IMG/VR virus record: IMGVR_UViG_3300050821_018098
DNA from: a virus
Taxonomy: Duplodnaviria; Heunggongvirae; Uroviricota; Caudoviricetes
Reading direction: 5' to 3' (one strand)
Length of the DNA stretch: 31,876 nt
Of this stretch, positions 26,475 to 31,876 are shown one piece after another. Every line of letters starts with the position of its first letter. Position 1 is the first letter of the stretch. The translations under genes and the position numbers were made by a program. A model generated the notes under the pieces. The model saw nothing but the letters and a program-made list of their open reading frames with translations, did no database searches and had not been told where the DNA came from.

Positions 26475-29243
26475 TTAAGCACCACGATTTATTGCATAAA
26501 GTTGTTTCAAAGCACTATCTGCTATGATAAGATCTCTACCATCTTTTACAAAATACTGGTTTAACACATCCATGTGTTGACTCTCCGGTAACAAACTATC
26601 CCATATTCTTAAGTTTGTAAGGAGAATGGGTGAACCCATAAGTTTCATGTTTAATCTATCAACAGAGAATGCTTGAGGTTCATCAAATTCAGCTGCTTGA
26701 TTAGCAACTTTAACAAGGTCTGTAGTAGAATAACTCAATGGATTTGCTTCATTTTGTCTTCTGTATAACCAGAATTCAATATGTCTTTCTCTTTGATTTA
26801 ATCGTATCACAACGATATACCAAGTATTAAGTTGTACACTTACATCCCATAACCAACTAAGTTCATTTAATCTGAATTCAATCATACCATCTTCAAAAGC
26901 AATATCATAACCAAGTGGTTGTGTAGGATGTCTATTGTTAAGAAGAACATAACGTTGTTGTGTGATATATTCTTGAATATTGAACCACAATACAAATGTT
27001 CTATTTGTAGAAACAGCTAATTGATCAGAGAATCCATAAGTAATAGCTGCCTGATTAAGTGGGGCCTTGCTTAGATCATAGTAATATCTCGAAACTATAA
27101 CAGAGCTATTATATAAATCATAATCAACAACTAATGTTGGATCAAAAGCTTTACGTATCATATTATCACCTCCTCCTACTATTACTACTTCACCATTTTG
27201 TATTAAAGGTGATAATGCTATATCTGTTAATGTCTCCATTTGTGGAGCTTCAGCACCTTTATTCATTTCTCTTTGTACATCATCACCGAATAAATTATCC
27301 AGACTATTATGTTCAAGAGGTGAGTCAACTTCTGAAGCAAATTCTCTTTTATCGATTTTTGATAGTTTTTGATGTTTTTTAAGAACAACATTATAATAAA
27401 CGGAGCCATTAAGAACATCTTTAAATGCTTGTGCATGTGAGATCATATACCATCTATTAAGAATACAGAAATTAATTATGTCACCGACAGCAGGTCTTTG
27501 TTCGATTCCAAAAGCAATTTTAAATTCATCTCTAGTAATTTGAATTTTAAATACTTCAAAAAGTGCTAAATCAAACATATTAAAGTGAATTGTACTTTCA
27601 GGAAATTTATTATCTGGAACAATAACTTTTATAGTACATCTATCAGAGATGTATAATAACTGTTGTTCATGAAGAACAGCATCCATACCTTTAGCATCAG
27701 GTTTAGTTTTATAGTATTTAACTTCATGACCAAATAAACTTGTATTATCATTAGCTAATTTATTATAAAGATTTAATGGTTGTAAATCATAAACATTCCA
27801 TGTCGGTGTACTAAATGATGAACATGAATCAACTGAAGGGCTTTCCATTACAGAATCACCATCACAATTTTTTGTTCTTGAATTTCTCCAAATATCAGGT
27901 ATATCTGTTACACTATAACATTCATCAACACTAGGATTCAATGTATAGTCACATTGACCTCTAAAACCAAATTTGTTAAGAGTTTTATATGATTTTGTAA
28001 TGTTTTGAAAATCACCCTCCAGCATTAAATCATAAACTTTTATGGCTCCAGTAGTATCTGTACCAGTTCTAATAAATCCGACTTCAATATTTAAGAATCT
28101 TACAGGATCAGGTTTTAATGTTCTTATATTATCGAGTGTTAAAAATTCCCACGGTGTCCAACTATGTTTATAATTACTAGATATTCTATATTTTAAGTCA
28201 AGTGTTCTTTCCGCTATACCAGAAGTACCTGTAGTATCAATTACTATTCCAGCAACGTCGATTTGAAATCCTGTAAATTTAAAAGCTTTGTAAATATCCG
28301 GTGTTTCAAGTATTACAAATTGTCCTGGATATGTTAGATTAACTATTGATTGTGCTCTCTCAATAACAAATTTAGCCGTTAAAAATAAATTGTTAATTTC
28401 AAGACTTTTTATATAACTATCAGGAAGTACTCTATCTACATAACGAATTTCAATAGTATCAGTAAGTCCTATTTCATAACCTAATTGATATTGACTTATA
28501 AATATAAAATCCCCTACGTTAGGTATTGAATCAGCCGTTGTAACAACAAGCCCAAATTTAAAAGCTAAAGGATTAGTGACTAAAATACCATTTAAATAAA
28601 TCTGAACAGTACCTTGTGTCGGATAATCAATATCTATCTGAATAGGTGTAAGATTAGTCGTTAATATATCATAATTACTATCATCAATAGGATCCAAACT
28701 TGTATAAGTTCTATCTCTATCATAGTTAAAATATGGTAATGCTATATACTTAAATTCAAACCAATAATCATATTCATCACAATATTGAGACTGTGGTAAA
28801 TTAACACTTGAAATTGGTGCCCATGTAGTCCATTGCTGTCTATCAGTTGACCATCGCATTTCTTTTTGAAAATATAAAAAGTCTGTATCTCCAGAAATAT
28901 CTTCCAGAATAGAATCCCATTCACAAATATTTTGGAATGGTTCCCTATTACCAAAAACTAAAGATTCGTACTGAACAACTTCATTAGCAAGATTAGATCT
29001 ATAAGCATAGCTATGTGTTCCTGCGGTACCTGAAGTACCAGGGATATAGTAATATCCTGTACGTTCAATATCACCTGGTAATATAGGAGGATCTATTAAA
29101 ATATATTGAAGACCATTGGTACCATTTATCCATGCACCAGGAGCAAACATATACGGTGGTATAGTTACAGATTCTAACTCAAATTTAGCTGTAAATTCCT
29201 GTTTTAAGTTTTTATGTATTTTTGGATCTATGTAAATATACAC
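26475..29243 (-). CDS. large virion protein: T4 gp14-like neck/head-completion domain plus C-terminal LamG/ConA-like domain (922 aa)
   Basis: LFGHEVKYY...LHE...F...ITRDEF...RPAVGDII...WYMI resembles gp14; TFVLWFN...NTWYIVVI...LTNLRIWD resembles LamG. Confidence 0.65.
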   Translation of the reverse strand: MYIYIDPKIHKNLKQEFTAKFELESVTIPPYMFAPGAWINGTNGLQYILIDPPILPGDIERTGYYYIPGTSGTAGTHSYAYRSNLANEVVQYESLVFGNREPFQNICEWDSILEDISGDTDFLYFQKEMRWSTDRQQWTTWAPISSVNLPQSQYCDEYDYWFEFKYIALPYFNYDRDRTYTSLDPIDDSNYDILTTNLTPIQIDIDYPTQGTVQIYLNGILVTNPLAFKFGLVVTTADSIPNVGDFIFISQYQLGYEIGLTDTIEIRYVDRVLPDSYIKSLEINNLFLTAKFVIERAQSIVNLTYPGQFVILETPDIYKAFKFTGFQIDVAGIVIDTTGTSGIAERTLDLKYRISSNYKHSWTPWEFLTLDNIRTLKPDPVRFLNIEVGFIRTGTDTTGAIKVYDLMLEGDFQNITKSYKTLNKFGFRGQCDYTLNPSVDECYSVTDIPDIWRNSRTKNCDGDSVMESPSVDSCSSFSTPTWNVYDLQPLNLYNKLANDNTSLFGHEVKYYKTKPDAKGMDAVLHEQQLLYISDRCTIKVIVPDNKFPESTIHFNMFDLALFEVFKIQITRDEFKIAFGIEQRPAVGDIINFCILNRWYMISHAQAFKDVLNGSVYYNVVLKKHQKLSKIDKREFASEVDSPLEHNSLDNLFGDDVQREMNKGAEAPQMETLTDIALSPLIQNGEVVIVGGGDNMIRKAFDPTLVVDYDLYNSSVIVSRYYYDLSKAPLNQAAITYGFSDQLAVSTNRTFVLWFNIQEYITQQRYVLLNNRHPTQPLGYDIAFEDGMIEFRLNELSWLWDVSVQLNTWYIVVIRLNQRERHIEFWLYRRQNEANPLSYSTTDLVKVANQAAEFDEPQAFSVDRLNMKLMGSPILLTNLRIWDSLLPESQHMDVLNQYFVKDGRDLIIADSALKQLYAINRGA

Positions 29244-29267
29244 GAATAGATTTTTATTTTCTTACAT

Positions 29268-29275
29268 TATATATC
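29268..29275 (-). promoter_or_regulatory. putative late-promoter motif (GATATATA)
   Basis: Ends 24 nt before GTG 29243. Confidence 0.55.
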
Positions 29276-29278
29276 CGA

Positions 29279-29303
29279 AAACTTTCAATGTAATACTGAT
29301 ATA
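29279..29303 (+). promoter_or_regulatory. putative class-2 promoter (AAACTT-N15-TATA)
   Basis: AAACTT TCAATGTAATACTGA TATA, ending 19 nt before ATG 29323; back-to-back with the late motif. Confidence 0.4.
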
Positions 29304-29322
29304 AAACTAAAATGATATATTT

Positions 29323-29958
29323 ATGGATACTATTACAATTCCTAATTTGTACGAAATTTTAGAAGGATTTAATTTAGAGTCAGCTTATTCATATGTATTA
29401 AGAAATAATCTTGGTAACAATTTACCATATCATAATTTTGGTCACATAGAAAATGTTACTCTATTTGCATATATGGGATGTATTCATGAATCTATCAGTG
29501 GTGAAATTACTAGAAATATTTTACTTGCTGCTTTATTCCATGATTTCAATCATTCTGGAGGTAAACTTAAAGATATCGAAAATATAACTCTTGCTAAGGC
29601 CGGATTAAATGACTACTTAATAGAATCAAATGACACAGAAACTAAATTAGAATTTGTAAATTATTTGATTGATATAACAGAGTTTCCTTATACAATAGAA
29701 ACATCAAAATTGACTATTCATCAAAAAATACTTAGGGATGCTGATATTATTCAAAGTTTCTTTCTTAACAATTATATGCAGGATGTAGTACTTGGTCTGG
29801 CTAAAGAAATGAATAAAACTCCCGAAGAGACCGTAGATGGACAATTGAATTTCATATCAAATTTATCCTTTGGAACAGAATATGCTAACAAATTATATAA
29901 TGAAAGAAAGTTAGATATTCTTTCCAATTTGATTCTAATACAAAGATTTTTGAAATAA
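29323..29958 (+). CDS. HD-domain metal-dependent phosphohydrolase (class I PDE-like motifs)
   Basis: LPYHNFGH...AALFHDFNHSGG...ILRDADI. Confidence 0.85.
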   Translation: MDTITIPNLYEILEGFNLESAYSYVLRNNLGNNLPYHNFGHIENVTLFAYMGCIHESISGEITRNILLAALFHDFNHSGGKLKDIENITLAKAGLNDYLIESNDTETKLEFVNYLIDITEFPYTIETSKLTIHQKILRDADIIQSFFLNNYMQDVVLGLAKEMNKTPEETVDGQLNFISNLSFGTEYANKLYNERKLDILSNLILIQRFLK

Positions 29959-29963
29959 GTTAT

Positions 29964-30791
29964 CTACTTATCTTTCTTGTTTATTCCATGTATTGTAATG
30001 GTTTGTGCATCACTCTTACCAGCATTTATAATTACGTCAAATGTTATATCTTGATTAACCAATTTTTCTATTGCACTCATTACTTTTGAAACTTCTGAGC
30101 CATCTTGTACCATTGTCATACCACCCTCATTAATTTGAGTTTGATCATTTTTAGATTCTTTGATAAAAGTCTTGAAATCTTTTACTTTGTAATTTTCATT
30201 CTGTAATTTCTTTCTAGCATCCATAGTCATACCAGCATTTTCTCTTCTTTTTATTCTGATAGGATCAAACCCAGTTTCATATTGTTTACCAACTAAAACT
30301 TCAGCAACCATACCTTCAGGTAAACCTTCTGTACAATTACCACCACTATCCACACCTGAAGTCTCCCAACCAAACTTTAATACTTTATTCTTATTATCAA
30401 ATGGTATAATATCAACTACCTCAGCCCAACTAAAAGATATAAGTTCGGCATTAGGTTTAAATGATTTCAATCTTTTAATAGCTTCACCTATTGTTATAGC
30501 TTTAACATTACACTGAAATCTTTGTGTTGGAATAAAAGCTTTATCATAATATTCACCAGGTACTTTTTCAACAATTTCACCAGACATTGCATATGGTAAA
30601 CCAACAAAATCTGAGTTATCTTTATCTTCTGAATAATCTATACCATCATAGGTAAGACCATATGTTTCAATATTTTGATAACCTAAACCTGTAACAATAG
30701 AAGCCGAATTTCTACCACCATCATCATGAATAATCATCCATCCTTTAGGATCAAATTGTTCTAGTTTAATAATTGCTTCAGCTGCTGTCAT
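29964..30791 (-). CDS. hypothetical protein with internal duplication and internal leader-like motif (275 aa)
   Basis: TAAEAIIKLEQFDP and TIGEAIKRLKSFKP repeats; KVKDFKTFIKES...INE near the C-terminus. Confidence 0.7.
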   Translation of the reverse strand: MTAAEAIIKLEQFDPKGWMIIHDDGGRNSASIVTGLGYQNIETYGLTYDGIDYSEDKDNSDFVGLPYAMSGEIVEKVPGEYYDKAFIPTQRFQCNVKAITIGEAIKRLKSFKPNAELISFSWAEVVDIIPFDNKNKVLKFGWETSGVDSGGNCTEGLPEGMVAEVLVGKQYETGFDPIRIKRRENAGMTMDARKKLQNENYKVKDFKTFIKESKNDQTQINEGGMTMVQDGSEVSKVMSAIEKLVNQDITFDVIINAGKSDAQTITIHGINKKDK

Positions 30792-30812
30792 TTATTTTGT
30801 ATGAATTTTACT

Positions 30813-30820
30813 TATATATT
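30813..30820 (-). promoter_or_regulatory. putative late-promoter motif (AATATATA)
   Basis: Ends 21 nt before ATG 30791. Confidence 0.55.
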
Positions 30821-30835
30821 CTATTTGATAACTGT

Positions 30836-31378
30836 TTATGATTTTTTACTTAAAAGTTCCGTAAGTTTATCAGAACTTAATTTAGCTCTCACATCGTCCG
30901 GCTCCCATCTATTACAACAAGCATTAGGATGTATTAGTCCTGGTGTATCACCTTCAGAATCTTTATTAACTCTTTCACAATCAAGATTTTTTATATCAAA
31001 ATATTCACATCTTTTACAACTGAAACCTTCTTCATTTTCAAAATAACCAGCCTGTTCTTTTGTTATTACACCAATATAAGGTATTTCTGGGGTATTTTCA
31101 CCTACAGGATCCATATGTATCCAAAATCCACATGAACCATAAGGTTTAATATTTTCGTTTGGCCCAAGGACTTTACATTTAGTAGAATTAGGAAAATCTT
31201 TATTTTTTGAAAAAACACATTTGTCACAAGTATATTTAGTTTCAGGTCTAAAAATATATAAAACAGCTTCTTTTGGAATTTTATGAACAGTTTCGACAGT
31301 TGATGATTTTTCATTTATCATTACATTTTCCTTAATAAAATCTTCAAATTTTATAACGTGTTGATTTTCTTTTTTCAT
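30836..31378 (-). CDS. tandem HiPIP-like four-Cys (putative 4Fe-4S) protein with capsid-targeting-like leader
   Basis: KEAVLY...CDKC-x13-C-x14-CGFW and KEQAGY...CKRC-x9-C-x20-CNRW; leader HVIKFEDFIKE...INE. Confidence 0.65.
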   Translation of the reverse strand: MKKENQHVIKFEDFIKENVMINEKSSTVETVHKIPKEAVLYIFRPETKYTCDKCVFSKNKDFPNSTKCKVLGPNENIKPYGSCGFWIHMDPVGENTPEIPYIGVITKEQAGYFENEEGFSCKRCEYFDIKNLDCERVNKDSEGDTPGLIHPNACCNRWEPDDVRAKLSSDKLTELLSKKS

Positions 31379-31399
31379 TTATTTAAATAAAATTTCAAT

Positions 31400-31407
31400 T
31401 ATATATT
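31400..31407 (-). promoter_or_regulatory. putative late-promoter motif (AATATATA)
   Basis: Ends 21 nt before ATG 31378. Confidence 0.55.
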
Positions 31408-31479
31408 CTATCAAAACTTCTATATTTTTTATAGAAATAAAAATTTGAATAAACGTTCTATTATTTTCTTTGTTTTTGT

Positions 31480-31487
31480 GATATATA
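31480..31487 (+). promoter_or_regulatory. putative late-promoter motif (GATATATA)
   Basis: Ends 23 nt before ATG 31511. Confidence 0.55.
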
Positions 31488-31510
31488 CTAAAAACAGATT
31501 CAAAATTAAC

Positions 31511-31876
31511 ATGGCTTGCTGCGATTCATCAAATAGTTTATTTAAAGGCAGAGAGAAATTCATCAGTTTCTTCAAAGAAAAATTGGTCGCTCAAGATGCA
31601 GCCTCTATTTTAGCAGATCTTTCTTTTTGTGGTCTTAAAATAAAATATGATCAAGTACTCAAAGGTAGTACCTATCTACCACCAGGTGCAGTAAATATGG
31701 AAATTCCCTATGGTGGATTAGGTACAGATATTACCTTTTTTGCTATGAAAGCTACTTATGATGCTACCAATAAAAGACTTGATGATAATTATATACAATA
31801 TTATTTTGCTGGACAACCAGATGTTGTTAGAAATATTGCCGGAATAACTATTTTTTCTGGAACAGATAGTTCAAGA
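31511..31876 (+). CDS. hypothetical, possibly structural protein, runs off the window
   Basis: Not in the ORF track; 122 open codons MACCDSSNSLFKGREKFISFFKEKLVAQDAASILADLSFCGLKIKYDQVLKGSTYLPPGAVNMEIPYGGLG...; ATATATA motif upstream. Confidence 0.75.
   Translation, partial: MACCDSSNSLFKGREKFISFFKEKLVAQDAASILADLSFCGLKIKYDQVLKGSTYLPPGAVNMEIPYGGLGTDITFFAMKATYDATNKRLDDNYIQYYFAGQPDVVRNIAGITIFSGTDSSR

Noticed and set aside
29323-29958. DatZ-type dATPase of a 2-aminoadenine (Z) genome
   Set aside because: No PurZ or MazZ in the window, and the motifs fit PDE-like HD proteins better; cannot be excluded genome-wide.
1536-31314. Track ORFs antisense to or nested in larger genes (1536, 2354, 4596, 4921, 7556, 8731, 11565, 16278, 20077, 20139, 22141, 22390, 25043, 26180, 27134, 28742, 30801, 31102)
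   Set aside because: Shadow frames of well-supported genes with I/F/L/Y-biased composition and no motifs.
1-31876. Stop-codon reassignment as in Lak or some crAss-like phages
   Set aside because: Genes of 900+ codons are uninterrupted under code 11, and clpP ends with TAG exactly at its canonical C-terminus.

Overview
AT-rich, gene-dense segment of a large T4-like (jumbo) tailed phage genome using the standard genetic code. Shine-Dalgarno sites are not evident, which suggests a Bacteroidota-type host (inference). The left end (1-3954) is an accessory island with an IS1595-family transposase and bacterial-looking cargo, including two PD-(D/E)XK-fold ORFs. The rest encodes a family B DNA polymerase heading a long minus-strand gene run (ClpC-like ATPase, GNAT, thioredoxin), SmpB, a J-domain protein, ClpP, two Nudix hydrolases, a ParB/Srx-nucleotidyltransferase fusion, an HD phosphohydrolase, a secreted transglutaminase-like protein and large virion-type proteins (one T4 gp14-like plus LamG). 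Main finding: several small enzyme genes share an N-terminal leader resembling the T4 internal-protein capsid-targeting sequence (MKTYQEFIAE). Several of them also sit behind the same ATATATA motif, 21-24 nt upstream, as the structural genes. This suggests a head-packaged, injected enzyme arsenal (Nudix x2, ParB-NTase, tandem HiPIP-like, OmpA-like). The ClpC-like ATPase has a naturally degenerate second ATPase ring. All family calls come from motif recognition by eye; no database searches were run.
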